DNA of 22,185 bases from Chiloscyllium plagiosum (Eukaryota), in the NCBI RefSeq assembly GCF_004010195.1, contig NC_057718.1, positions 88,139,424 to 88,161,608 of the forward strand, given 5' to 3'. A program made the translations under genes and the position numbers. A model generated the notes under the pieces. The model did no database searches. It was not told the DNA's origin and saw only the letters and a program-made list of their open reading frames with translations. Positions 1 to 11,333 of this stretch are shown in pieces (the first letter of the stretch is position 1; each line of letters opens with the position of its first letter).

Positions 1-39
1 GATGAAACCTAGAATATAGGTAGTATCCCTTAGGATGGA

Positions 40-330
40 AATATTGACATTGAAGCGAGTGCAGCATAAATTAAAGAGGAGGATTTCTGGACTCTAAGGC
101 ATTGAGGGATTTCACCAACTCTTTGACCCTTGTAACTCCATGGAATGCAAACCTAGTTTAAGTTTTAAAGACATTGCAAGGATAAGTAGACAAATTATTT
201 CTGGTTGGGGAATCAAAGCCACTTGAAGTTAAAATGTAAACACTTAAACCACCTTTTATGTGTGGAAGTTTGGAAGTCCTATAAACAGCAATTGATGCTA
301 GACCAATTAATTATATCTGAGAACAATACC
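40..330 (+). mobile_element. Highly decayed CR1-type LINE 3' fragment
   Basis: Remnants resemble CR1 ORF2 C-terminal/3' sequence (tttctggttggggaatc; gaagtttggaagtcc...acagcaattgatgctag). No ORF. Recognition by eye only. Confidence 0.4.
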
Positions 331-401
331 TTTTGAAGGTCTTTGTAGTGATGCAGACCTGTAGTTAGTAATCATCTCTAGGTCAAATATGGAAAAGGGT
401 C

Positions 402-490
402 CTTTTCCCCCAGATGCTGCCAGACCTGCTGAGTTTCTCCAACACTTGCAGTTTTTATTTGATTCCAACATCTGCAGTACTTTATTTTTA
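402..490 (+). mobile_element. Penelope-like element 3' tail fragment (older subfamily)
   Basis: gatgctgccagacctgctgagtttctccaaca...ttccaacatctgcagt aligns with the tails at 3823-3869 and 22118-22185 (gatgctgcctgaattgctgtgctcttccagca...ttccagcatctgcagt). Confidence 0.7.
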
Positions 491-850
491 GTGTCAAATT
501 CCAGGGTGTTGGCTCACTGAATATAATGTGCATTTCACCACCTGCTGGGATGATCACTGAAAACATTTCAATGAGGATATAGAACATTGGAAGAAGTTCT
601 TGAGTAGTTGATTTGTGCAGATATCTTGCTGATTTTTACTGAGACACTTTCTGGGCTGGCTGTTACTATGATTGGATAAGGTAGGCTTCATACTGTGGGG
701 AGCTAATGTGAGAATGATCTCCTGTCAAACTAATGATGTTCCTTCTGTCCATTTGTCCAATCTAGTCTTCAAAAGGCAAAAGTAAAATTTCAAAGATTGG
801 AAATCAGCAAATACCTTAATGGATCTCTGAAAGGAAAATGCTTTTATTTG

Positions 851-899
851 AGGGTGGGGAGGGGTGTGTTTGGGGGGCGCGGGGGGGGGGGGGGAGGAG
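851..899 (+). repeat. G-rich low-complexity tract / poly-G
   Basis: gggtggggaggggtgtgtttggggggcgc followed by a 15-G run. Confidence 0.85.
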
Positions 900-1089
900 A
901 AGAAGAGGTTCTCTCAACAGCAGGAAAACTTGCTACAGCAAGCAATATTCAGCTGGCAGGCCATTGTAAAAACACATTCTATCAGAGAAGGTGGTATTTG
1001 AAAGTCACTTTGCCTATCTATATGTATTCTGTGCCATTTCAGAGTAATTCCTGTTATATATGGCCAGATGGAAAAAGGTATGAAGAGTT

Positions 1090-2460
1090 CAGGAGCAGCT
1101 GTGAGTGCAGTGGCCATCGCTAAGGAGAAGCTGCTGGGGGAACCTGAAAGGTGTGAAGGCTGGTAAATCATCCGGACTAGATGGACTGCAGTTCAGGGTT
1201 CTGAAGGCGATGGCTGAGGAGATTGTGGAGGTATTGTTTTTTTAGCCATTTTCCAGTCATCTGCAATCCTTGCTGACTCCAGAGATTCCTAATTTTTAAA
1301 AAGGGAGGGAGGCAGAAGATGGAAATTCACGGCTGGTTAGCCTGACCTCTATCATTGGTAAGATTTTAGAGTCCATAGTTTGGGGTGAGATTGTGGAGTA
1401 CTTGGAAGTGCATTGTAAAATAACAATGAGTCATCACAACTTCAAGAGATAGTAATGCCTTACACATCTGTTGGAATTGTTTTGAGGGGCTAACAAGCAA
1501 GTTAGACAAAGGTAATAAGCATGATTTATTTGGATTACCAGAGGCCTTTAATAAAGAGCTGCTAAACACATTATTCACCAATGGTGTTTAGGATAAGGGA
1601 CTGGCATAGATAGAGGATTGGCTGACTGGCAGAAGGCAGTGTGGATAAAGGGGTCTTTTTTTCAGGATGGCAACCAGTTAGTAATGGAGTTGTGCAGGTG
1701 TCTGTGTTTCGGTCACAATTTTTCACATTATATATGAATGATCTGGATGAAGGAACTGAGGGCATGGTTGCTAAGTTTACAGATAATACAAAAGTGGGGG
1801 AACAGGTAGTGTTGAGGGAGCAGGGAACCTACAGAAGGTTTGGACAGGTTAGGAAAGTGGGCGAAGAAGTGTCAGATGGAATACAATGTGAGAAAGTGTG
1901 AGGTTGTCTTTTGGTAGAAAGAATAGAAACATAGACTATTTCTAAATGTGGAAAGGAGTCTTAATTCCCTTGAGGTTAATATGCAAAATCAGTTGGCAGT
2001 TAGGAAGGCAATGCTAGCATTCATTTCAGGAAGGCTAGAATACAAGAACAATGTACTACTGAGGTATAATAAGGCTCTGGTCACACCACATTTGAAATAT
2101 TGAGAGCTGTTTTGGATGGATGTGCTGTCCTTTGAGGGAGTCCAGAGGAAGTTCACAATGTCATATGAGGTGGAGGTGCAAATCTAATTGAGAATTACAG
2201 AATACTGAGGGACCTGGATAGAGCAGATGTGGAGATGATGTTTCCTCAGCAGGAGAGACTAGGACTAGAAGGCACAGCCTTGGTGTGAGATGTGAAAAGC
2301 TTTCTTCAGCCAGAATGTGGTGTATCTGTTGAACACGTTGTCTCAGAAGGCTGTGGAGGCCAAATCATTTAGTGTCTTTAAGGCAGGTTTTTAATTTAAG
2401 GCAATCAAAAGTCATGGAGTGGTGGAGCCAGGAGAAAAGAATGAGAGTGTCGGTGGAAGG
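1090..2460 (+). mobile_element. Old 5'-truncated CR1 LINE (RT to 3' end), decayed
   Basis: The ORF at 1641-1901 gives FSGWQPVSNGVVQVSV...FTLYMNDLDEGTEGMVAKFTDNTKVG, i.e. the CR1 RT SGVPQGSVLGP and degenerate FADD motifs. Upstream FKKGGRQK..N.RLVSLTS; downstream LY.ALV.PHL.Y. Many stops and frameshifts. Confidence 0.88.
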
Positions 2461-2463
2461 GTC

Positions 2464-3565
2464 CTCCAGACCAAAGGGGTAGCCATGGGCACACGTATGG
2501 GCCCCAGCTATGCCTGTCTCTTTTGTTGGCTACGTAGAACAGTTGATCTTCCGTAATTACACCAGCACCACACCCCACCTCTTCCTCCGCTACATTGATG
2601 ACTGCATTGGCGCCACCTCGTGCTCCCGCGAGGAGGTTGAGCAATTCATCAACTTCACCAACACATTCCACCCTGACCTTAAATTTAACTGGACCATCTC
2701 TGACACCTCCCTCCCCCTCCTGGACCTCTCCATCTCCATCAGTGACGACAGACTTGACACTGACANNNNNNNNNNNNNNNNNNNNNNNNNNNNNNNNNNN
2801 NNNNNNNNNNNNNNNNNNNNNNNNNNNNNNNNNNNNNNNNNNNNNNNNNNNNNNNNNNNNNNNNNNNNNNNNNNNNNNNNNNNNNNNNNNNNNNNNNNNN
2901 NNNNNNNNNNNNNNNNNNNNNNNNNNNNNNNNNNNNNNNNNNNNNNNNNNNNNNNNNNNNNNNNNNNNNNNNNNNNNNNNNNNNNNNNNNNNNNNNNNNN
3001 NNNNNNNNNNNNNNNNNNNNNNNNNNNNNNNNNNNNNNNNNNNNNNNNNNNNNNNNNNNNNNNNNNNNNNNNNNNNNNNNNNNNNNNNNNNNNNNNNNNN
3101 NNNNNNNNNNNNNNNNNNNNNNNNNNNNNNNNNNNNNNNNNNNNNNNNNNNNNNNNNNNNNNNNNNNNNNNNNNNNNNNNNNNNNNNNNNNNNNNNNNNN
3201 NNNNNNNNNNNNNNNNNNNNNNNNNNNNNNNNNNNNNNNNNNNNNNNNNNAATATCATTTATTGTATCCGTTGCCCCCAATGCGGTCTCCTCTACATCGG
3301 GGAAACTGGGCGCCTCCTAGCAGAGCGCTTTAGGGAACATCTCCAAGACACCCGCACCAATCAACCAAACCGCCCCGTGGCCCAACATTCCAACTCCCCC
3401 TTTGCCGAGGACATGGAGGTCCTGGGCCTCCTTCACCGCCGCTCCCTCACCACCAGACGCCTGGAGGAAGAACGCCTCATCTTCCGCCTCGGAACACTTC
3501 AACCCCAGGGCATCAATGTGGACTTCAACAGCTTCCTCGTTTCCCCTTCCCCCACCTCATCCTAG
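2464..3565 (+). pseudogene. PLE reverse transcriptase / GIY-YIG endonuclease ORF remnant
   Basis: RT at 2464-2765 with a frameshift near 2521, YIDD intact. Endonuclease at 3251-3565 ends in TAG. Frame across the N gap cannot be determined. Confidence 0.88.
2766..3250. other. Assembly gap (485 N)
   Basis: Run of N. Confidence 1.
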
Positions 3566-3775
3566 TTTCAAACTTCCAGCCCGCGCTGTCCCCATGACCT
3601 GTCCGGACTTGTCCGACCTGCCTAGCTCCTTTTCCACTTATCCACTCCACCCTCTCCTCCCTGACCTATCATCTTCATCTCCTCCCCCACTGACCTATTG
3701 TATTCTATGCTACTTTCTCCCCACCCTCACCCTCCTCTAGCTTATCTCTCCACGCTTCAGGCTCTCTGCCTTTAT

Positions 3776-3807
3776 TCCTGATGAAGGGCTTTTGCCCGAA
3801 ACGTCGA
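3776..3807 (+). ncRNA. Minimal type I hammerhead ribozyme motif of the Penelope-like element
   Basis: CUGAUGA (3778-3784), extra A, stem II GGGC-UUUU-GCCC (3786-3797), GAAA (3798-3801), palindromic ACGU in place of stem III, GUC triplet ending at 3805. Matches the minimal hammerheads known from PLEs. Confidence 0.8.
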
Positions 3808-4097
3808 TTTTGCTGCTTGTCGGATGCTGCCTGAATTGCTGTGCTCTTCCAGCACCACTGATCCAGAATGCAATGATCCTTTGATATGCCAGAAAGTCCT
3901 GTTCATAAATATCTGTTCACCAGGTATTTATCACTTCCTTGCAGGAGGCACAAAGAAACTGGTTCACAAATTTGAAGGCTTGACTTATTGGTTAAAAACA
4001 ATAGCATACAAAACTGATGGGAAAAGATAACTGGCTTTTTATTCAGTCTTCAGGTATTTAATTACTGCAGAAGGAGACACATCACCCCTTTACACAA

Positions 4098-4166
4098 TGT
4101 TATGGACCAGGCCAGACCCCCTCAAAGTATTTCAAGAAAGTAGCCCAGACCCTAACTTTGCTAGTT
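4098..4166 (-). repeat. Terminal 69 bp of an LTR (family B); probable distal end of the B1 3' LTR
   Basis: tgttatggaccaggccagaccccctcaaa... aligns ungapped with 17930-17998 (9 differences in 69 by eye) and more loosely with 13495-13565. Confidence 0.85.
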
Positions 4167-4254
4167 ATAGAGTCAAAGAGTCATAGTGTTGTACAGCATG
4201 GAAGCAGACCCTTTGGTCCAACCCGTCCATGCCGACCAGATATTCCAACCCAAT

Positions 4255-6780
4255 CTAGTCCCACCTGCCAGCACCCGGCCCATATCCCTCCAAACCCTTC
4301 CTATTCATATACCCATCCAAATGCCTTTTAAATGTTGCAATTGTACCAGCCTCCACAACTTCCTCTGGCAGCTCATTCCATACACTTACCACCCTCTGCG
4401 AGGAAAAAGTTGCCCCTTAGGGGTCTCTCGTATCTTTCCCACCCCCACTTGAATCTATGCCCTCTAGTTCTGGACTTCCAACCCCCCCCCCCCCCCAAAA
4501 GACTTTGTCTATTTATCCTATCCATGCCCCTCATGATTTTATAAATCTCTGTAAGGTCACCACTCAGCCTCCAATGCTCCAGGAAAAACAACCGTAGCCT
4601 ATTCAACCTCTCCCTACAGTTCAAATCCTCCTATCCTGGTAAATCTTTTCTGAACCCTTTCAAATTTCATAACTTATTTCCAATAGGAAGGAGACCAGAA
4701 TTACACACAATATTCTGACAGTGGCCTAACCAATGTCCAGTACAGGTGCAACATGACCTCCCAACTCTTGTACTCAATACTCTTAATAAAGGAAAGCATA
4801 CCAAAAGCCACCTTCTCTGCGACTCCACTTTCAAGGAGCTATGAACTTGCTCTCCAAAGTCTCTTTGTCCAGCAACACTCTCAAGGACCTTACCATCAAG
4901 TGTATAAGTCCTGTTAAGATTTGGTTTCCCAAAATGCAGCACCTCGCATTTATCCAAATCAAACTCTATCTGCCACTTCTCAGCCCATTGACTTATCTGA
5001 TCAAGATCCTGTTGTAATCTGAGGTAAAATCCGTTTAGATCATGTCTACTGCTCTGCCCTCATCAATCCTCTTTGTTGCTTCTTCAAAACACTCAGTCAA
5101 GTTTGTGAAACATGATTTCCCACACACTAAGCCATGTTGACTATCCCTAATCAGTCCTTGCCTTTCCAAATACACGTACATCCTGTCCCTCAGGATTCCC
5201 TCCAACAACTTGTCTCCCACTGACATCAAGTTCCCTGGCTTGTCCTTAGCACCCTTCTTAAACAGTGGTACCACGTTAGCCAAACTCCAGTCTTCCGGCA
5301 CCTCACCTGTGGCTATCGATGATACAAATATCTCAGTAAGAGGCCCAGCAATCACTACTCTAGTATCCCACAGAGTTCGAGTGCACATCTGATCAGGTCC
5401 TGGGGATTTATCCACTTTTATGCATTTCAAGACATCCAGTACTTCCTCCTCGGTAATATGGACACTTTTCAAGATGTCAGCATCTATTTCCCTATATTTT
5501 ATATCTTCCATGTCCTTTTCCACAGTAAACACTGATGCAAAATACTCGTTTAGTATCTCCCCATCTCCTGGGACTCCGCACAAAGGTTGCCTTTTTGATC
5601 TTTGAAGGGCCATATTCTCTCCCTAGTTACCCTTTTATCCTTAATGTATTTGTAAAAACCCTTTGGATTCTACTTAGCTTTGGCAAATAGAGCTATCTCA
5701 TGTCCCCTTTTTGCCCTCCTGATTTCTCTCTTAAGTATACTCCTACTGTCTGTATTCTCTTCCAAGGATTCACTCAATCTATCCTGTCTATACCTGATAT
5801 ATGCTTCCTTGTTTTTTCTTAACCCCCCCCCCTTAACCAAACCCTCAATTTCTTTAGTCAACCAGCATTCCGTATACCTACCAGCCTTTCCTTTCACCCT
5901 AATAGGAATATACTTTCTCTGGATTCCCGTTATCTCATTTCTGAAGGCTTCTCATTTTCCAGCCGTCCATTTACCTGCAAACATCTGCCCCCAATCAGCT
6001 TTTGAAAGTTCTTGCCTAATACTGTTAAAATTGGCCTTCCTCCAATTTAGAACTTCAACTTTTCCATCACTATTTTAAATTTAATAGAATTATGGTCGCT
6101 GGCCCCAAAATGCTCCCCCACTGACACCTCAGTCACCTGCCTGCCTTATTTCTTAAGAGTAGGTCAAGTTTTGCACCTTCTGTAGTAGGTACATCCATAT
6201 ACTGAATCAGAAAAATGTCTTGTACACATGTAACAAATTCCTCTCCATCTAAACCCTTAACACTGTGGCAATCCCAATCCCAGTCTTTGTTTGGAAAGTT
6301 AAAATCCCCTACCATAACCACCCTATTCTTCTTCCAGATAACTGAGATCTCTTCACAAATTTGTTTCTCAATTCCCCCCTGACTATTAGGGGGTCTATAA
6401 TACAATCCCAATAAGATGATCATCCCTTTCTTATTTCTCAGTTCCACCCAAATAACTTCCCTTGATGTATTTCCGGGAATATACTCCCTCAGCACAGCTG
6501 TAATGGTATCCCTTGTCAAAAATGCCACTCGCCCTCCTCTCTTGCCTCCCTTTCTACCCTTCCTGTAGCATTTGTATCCAGGAACATTAAGCTGCCTGTC
6601 CTGCCCATCCCTGAGCCATGTTTCTGTAATTGCTATAATATCCCAGTCCCATGTTCCTAACCAAGAATCAAATTCATCTGCCTTCCCTGTTTGGCCCCTT
6701 GCATTGGAAATAAATGCAGTTTAATTTATCAGTCCTACCTTGTTCTCTGCTTTTTCACTACCTGCCCTAACTGTTTGACT
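4255..6780 (-). pseudogene. CR1 ORF2 (APE endonuclease-reverse transcriptase), disrupted
   Basis: GLYYRPPN, VMVGDFNFP, LDLLL, KSPGPD, VPEDW..ANVVPLFKKG, SQHG...KSCFTNL, KCEVLHFG. The RT core between AVDMI and YLRLQ is deleted near 5030. Confidence 0.93.
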
Positions 6781-6858
6781 CACTCCTGTTCTCAACTGTA
6801 CCAGTCTCAGATTGATCCCTTTCCTCACTATCTCCCTGGGTCCCATACCCCCCCAACC

Positions 6859-7786
6859 TTACTGGTTTAAATTTTCCTGAGCAGCTCTAGCAAATCTCCC
6901 TTCCAGTATATTAGTCCACTTCCAATTCAGGTGCAATCCATCCTTCTTGCACTGATCACTTCTACCCCAAAAGAGCTTCCAATGATTCAAAATTGTGAAT
7001 CCTTCTCCCATACACCAGCTCCTCAGCCATGCATTCATCTGCTCTATCCTCCTATCCCTGCTTTCACTAGCTCTTAGCACCGGGAGTAATCCAGATATAC
7101 TACTCTCAAGGACCTCCTTTTTAAATTCCTGCCTAACTCTATATTCTCCCTTCAGAATCTCAACCTTTTCCCTTCCTATGTCATTGGTTCCAATGTATAC
7201 AATGACCACCTGCTGGCCCTTCTCCCCCTTGAAAACATTCTGCACCATCTCTGAGACATCCTTGATCTTGGCACCAGGAAAGCAATGCACTATTCTGACT
7301 TTCGCTGCTGGCCACAGAAAGATCTGTCTGTACCTTTGACTAGAGAGTTCCTTAACACGATTGATCTCTTGGAACCTGATGTACCCCTTGCATTAGAGCC
7401 AGTCTCAATAACAGAAACTTGGCTGTTTGTGCTATGTTCCCCTGAGAATCCATCACCCCCTACATTTTCCAAAACAGCCTACTTGTTTGAAATGGGTCCA
7501 CAAAAGACTCCTGCACTAGCTGCCTATCTCTCTCACCTTTCCTAGAGTTAACCCATCCACGTGACTGTATCTGCAACCTTTCCCCCCTCCTATAACTGCT
7601 ATCCATCACATCCCCTTGCTCTTTTAAATTCCTCATTGCCTCTAACAGTCTCTCCAACCGATCCATTCGATTTGATGAGATTCACAACCAACGGCATGTA
7701 TTGCAGAAATAATCCTCAGTGACCGGTAAACTCTCCCTAAACCCCCACATCTGACAAGAAGAGCATATCTCTCTACTAAAGGCCAT
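6859..7786 (-). pseudogene. CR1 ORF1 (CxxC-CxxC zinc finger, coiled coil, SGNH esterase), disrupted
   Basis: MAFSREICSSCQMW...FCNTC at the start; IVLRNSLV (mutated GDS block), CFPGA, IGTND, DGLHLN. Confidence 0.9.
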
Positions 7787-8179
7787 TTTTGCTTCTTCCA
7801 ATCTACAGAAAATAGCACTGTCTTATTCCTCTAAAAATACTGCTCCAGGTTGAATTAATACTTATGGCTTATATTGTAAAGTTTAATCAAGAGACATATC
7901 TCAAAATAACATATAATCAAGAAAGAACCCATTCAAGTCACTACTGCAGACTTACTGTAAGGCCACGCTTGAAATATTCACTTATCTGTTTCTGTGCTGT
8001 GAACTCTCCCAAACAGGTTCATCCAAGATTAGTTGTGAATTTCTCTGTTTGTTAATTTTCCCAAATGTACTCCGATGTCTAGCGATACATGAATTCAAAC
8101 AGCAAAGGCAGTAGCTGTGCAGGTCCTCTCCCTCTCTCCCTCCCTCTCCCTCTCCCTCCCTCTCTTTCCCTCTCCCTCA

Positions 8180-11168
8180 TTCAGTTTGTTGTTGGGAATG
8201 ACTTGGCAGGATCCAGAGTGGGAGTGACAACCCTTGTTGTGGAGAAGCCCAATGAAGACTAAGAAACTGAGGAATTAAAACAGAAATATCCTGGTATTTT
8301 CCCAGACTCTGTGATAACCAGATCCCATTATCATAAGTCACAGCTCAAAGCAAAAAGTACGGAGAAAGATGAAGGAGTTGAGGTTCAGTTAGTGGACACC
8401 CTGTTTGATGTAATGATGCAAGAAAACCCTGAGCAGGCAGAGGATCAGACAGAAGTTTAAGAGACTTGCAACAGCAAGACAAGATGATAAAAAATATATA
8501 TGTGGATGCATACTCTGAAAAGGAGGCAGAGAATATTCCAGATGGTTATTATCTGAAAGATAGAATCCTCAGACAGAAATGGAGACCACGGCAGGTTAAT
8601 GAGAAGAGAAATGGACTGAGATGCACCAGATTGTGTTGTCAGTAGCATACAGACAGGAGGTGTTACGGGTAGCGCATGAACTACCTGTAGGGGGTCACCT
8701 AGGGGTACGAAAGACTCCGGCTAAGGTACAAAAACAATTTTATTGGCCTGGAATGCACAAAGATGTGGTTAAATTTTGCCGTACATGTCATACATGCCAA
8801 ATGGTAGGTAAGCCACTGGCGGTAATAAAACCAACACCTTTGTTGCCAGTTTCTGCATTTGAAGAATCTTTCACATGGATTATAATTGATTGTATAGGTC
8901 TCCTCCCAAGAACTAAAAGTGGGAACCAGTATTTGATAACCATAATGGATGCGTCTACCAGATTTCCAGAGGCAATTCCATTATGGTGTATCAAGGCAAA
9001 AGAGCTGGTGGAGGAGTTAGTAGCTTTCTTCACACAATATGGGCTTCCCAGAAAGATTTTACTGCTAGGCTGTTTAAGGAGATTATGCATAGCTTGGGTA
9101 TACAGCACTTTAAATTCAGTGCGTATCATCCTGAATCCCAGGAAGGTTTAGAAAGGTCCTTGAAGAGCATCAGACTTGAAGACCATGTTGAGAGCATACT
9201 GTCAGGATTACCCGAATGATTGGTATAAAGGTATCCCATTTGCATTGTTTGCCATTAGAGATGCCCTAAATGAATTTACTCAGTTCACTCTCTTTGAGTT
9301 AATATTCAGTAATGAAGTGAGAGGCCCTTTGAAATTAATGTAAGAAAAATTGACAGGACCAAAGTCGAAGATCTCATATCTAAATTATGTATCAGAGGTG
9401 AGGGAGAGACCAAATCGAGTAAGGGAGTTAGCTAAACAGCACCTAAGCAGGTAGCAGATAAAAGCTCTGAGACTCGGGTGTTTTCCCGAGCAAATGACGT
9501 GTTAGTGATGGGCGATCCATTCAAAGCCAGGTTAAATGGTCCCTATCAAATTGAGAAAAAGTTGAGTCTGGTGAACTATTTAGCAAAGATGCCAGATAGG
9601 AAAAACGGTATTGGGTATGTCATGTGAACATGTTGAAACCGTATTACACTACAAAGAAAGAACTGGAGAAACAGGTGTTAGTTACTGCCCTGCACAGTGA
9701 GGAATCAGATCCAGATAATCTGGATTTTGATGTGCCTCAAAATAGGTTAAAAAATGAAGAAGTCCTTGAGGAGTGGGATAGGTTAGTAAGCGTTCTGCCT
9801 CAGGAGCATAGAATGCAGTTGAAAGGCTTGTTACTGCAGTATAAGGACATATGTAAGAATTAGATGAGGAGGACTAATGCTATTGTACATGAAGTAGACA
9901 TCAAGAATACTGCTCCAATAAAGCAATATCCCTATCGGCCTAATCCTTTCAAAGCCAGATAGGTCCAGAAGGAGGTGGACGCTATGCTTGATGGGAACAT
10001 CATCAAACCAAGTCAGAGCGAGAAAATTCACCGATCGTCTTAGTTCCCAAACCTGACTGGACTCGATGATTCTGCGTGGATTATCAGAAGGTCAACGCCG
10101 TTACAAATTGGACTCCTATCCAATTCCTAGATTGGAGGACTGTATCGAGAAAGTCGGACAGGCCAGTTACATCATCAAGTTGGACTTAACGCGTGGTTAC
10201 TGGCAGGTACCTTTATCAGAGTCGGCAAAAGAAATTTCTGCATTTATAACCCCAAATAGGCTATATCATTTAAAGTGATGCCCTTTGGAATGAAGAACGC
10301 ACCCACCACATTCCAAAGATTCATAAACAGAGCTGTGGCTGGCTTAACAAACTGTGCACTCTATTTGGATGATGTAATGATCTTTAGTAAGTCCTGGAAA
10401 GATCATATGGTGCAGTTGGCAGAGCTCTTTCAACGACTACGAGAAGCAAAATTGGTGATAAACTTAAATAAAATGGAATTCATGAAAGCAGAGGTGACAT
10501 TCTTGGGACATAACATTGGTCATGGAAGGTTGACCCCACAGAACGCAAAGACGAAGGCCATTGAGGAATTTCCACAACCAACCTCAAAGAAAGAGGTGCT
10601 TCGATTCTTAGGACTCAGCAGATTTTAACGGATGTTTGTTCCAAACTTCAGCAGTGTAGTGGCATTGTTAACTGATTTGCTGAAGAAGAACACAAAGTTT
10701 CAGTGGACAGAACCATGCCGGGAGGCATTCGACCATTTGAAATCAATATTAACCACCAAACTAGTTTTAGTTATACCAAACTTTTCAAAACCTTTTGAAA
10801 GTCACCATCGTTGCTAGTGACATTGGAGTTGGAGCTGTACTCCTACACTAAGATGAGGATGGGATTGAACTGCCAGTTGGTTACTTTTCGAAGAAGATCA
10901 ACATCCACCAAAGGAAATGACCCATGATCGAAAAAGAACTATTGAGTTTGGTACTGGCCTTATAACATTTTAATGTGGATGTCACGAACAATGTGTTGGA
11001 GACAGTTGTGTACACTGATCACAATCCACTTACATTCTTAGAACACTTTAAAGACAAGAATATGAGACTATTTCTTTGGAGTCTTATGTTACAGACTTTT
11101 AATTTAAAAATCATACATGTTGCAGGTCAGAAGAATGTAATCACAGATTCATTATCGCGGATTTAACT
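8180..11168 (+). pseudogene. pol of element A (PR C-term - INT - RT - RNase H), frameshifted
   Basis: HHCC: AHELPVGGHLG...CRTCHTCQ. Integrase core IIDCIG, DASTRFPEA, SAYHPESQEGLER (the second catalytic Asp region is deleted near 9055). RT: LDLTRGYWQVP, MPFGMKNAPTTFQR, YLDD. RNase H: TDHNPL, DSLSR. Confidence 0.93.
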
Positions 11169-11333
11169 GACAGAGTTTAGATGAGATTTGTCTTTATTTA
11201 ATGCATATATTGGTATATGGGAAGAAGTTAAGGTGAATTTATATTAACGTTATGTGTATGTTAGAGTAATGTGTTTAAAAAGTAGAGAAAAAAAATGAAG
11301 CCATTTTTCATTAAGATGGTTCATTTCTTTCTT

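Larger units (their letters stand above)
2464..3869 (+). mobile_element. Penelope-like element (endonuclease-bearing, probably Neptune-type), 5'-truncated
   Basis: RT motifs QTKGVAMGTRMGPSYACL and FLRYIDDC; GIY-YIG NIIYCIRCPQCGLLYIGET...RFREH; pyrimidine-rich 3' UTR; hammerhead core and tail. Clade assignment is inference. Confidence 0.93.
4167..8179 (-). mobile_element. Near full-length CR1 (HER1-like) LINE with internal deletions
   Basis: Octamer tail (CTATGACT)n at 4167-4186, ORF2 (APE endonuclease + RT), ORF1 (zinc finger + esterase), and a 5' UTR ending in a purine-rich repeat on the minus strand at ~8126-8178. Confidence 0.95.

Noticed and set aside
797..1171. ORFs 797-1123 and 914-1171 as host genes
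   Set aside because: No recognisable domain, non-ATG or weak starts, poly-Gly derived from the G run, and overlap with CR1.
2405..3320. Long ORFs in several frames spanning the N run
   Set aside because: Artefact: N codons contain no stops. Only the PLE frames on each side are meaningful.
3870..4097. Unassigned stretch with ag/gt pairs as a possible exon
   Set aside because: No convincing splice pair or recognisable peptide; cannot be supported without RNA data.
5025..5045. RT-core deletion apparently complementary to the piece starting at 15481
   Set aside because: The bases at the junction look like a degenerate YMDF, so the breakpoints are only near each other, and the 15481 piece runs on to its own tail. 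Treated as coincidence.
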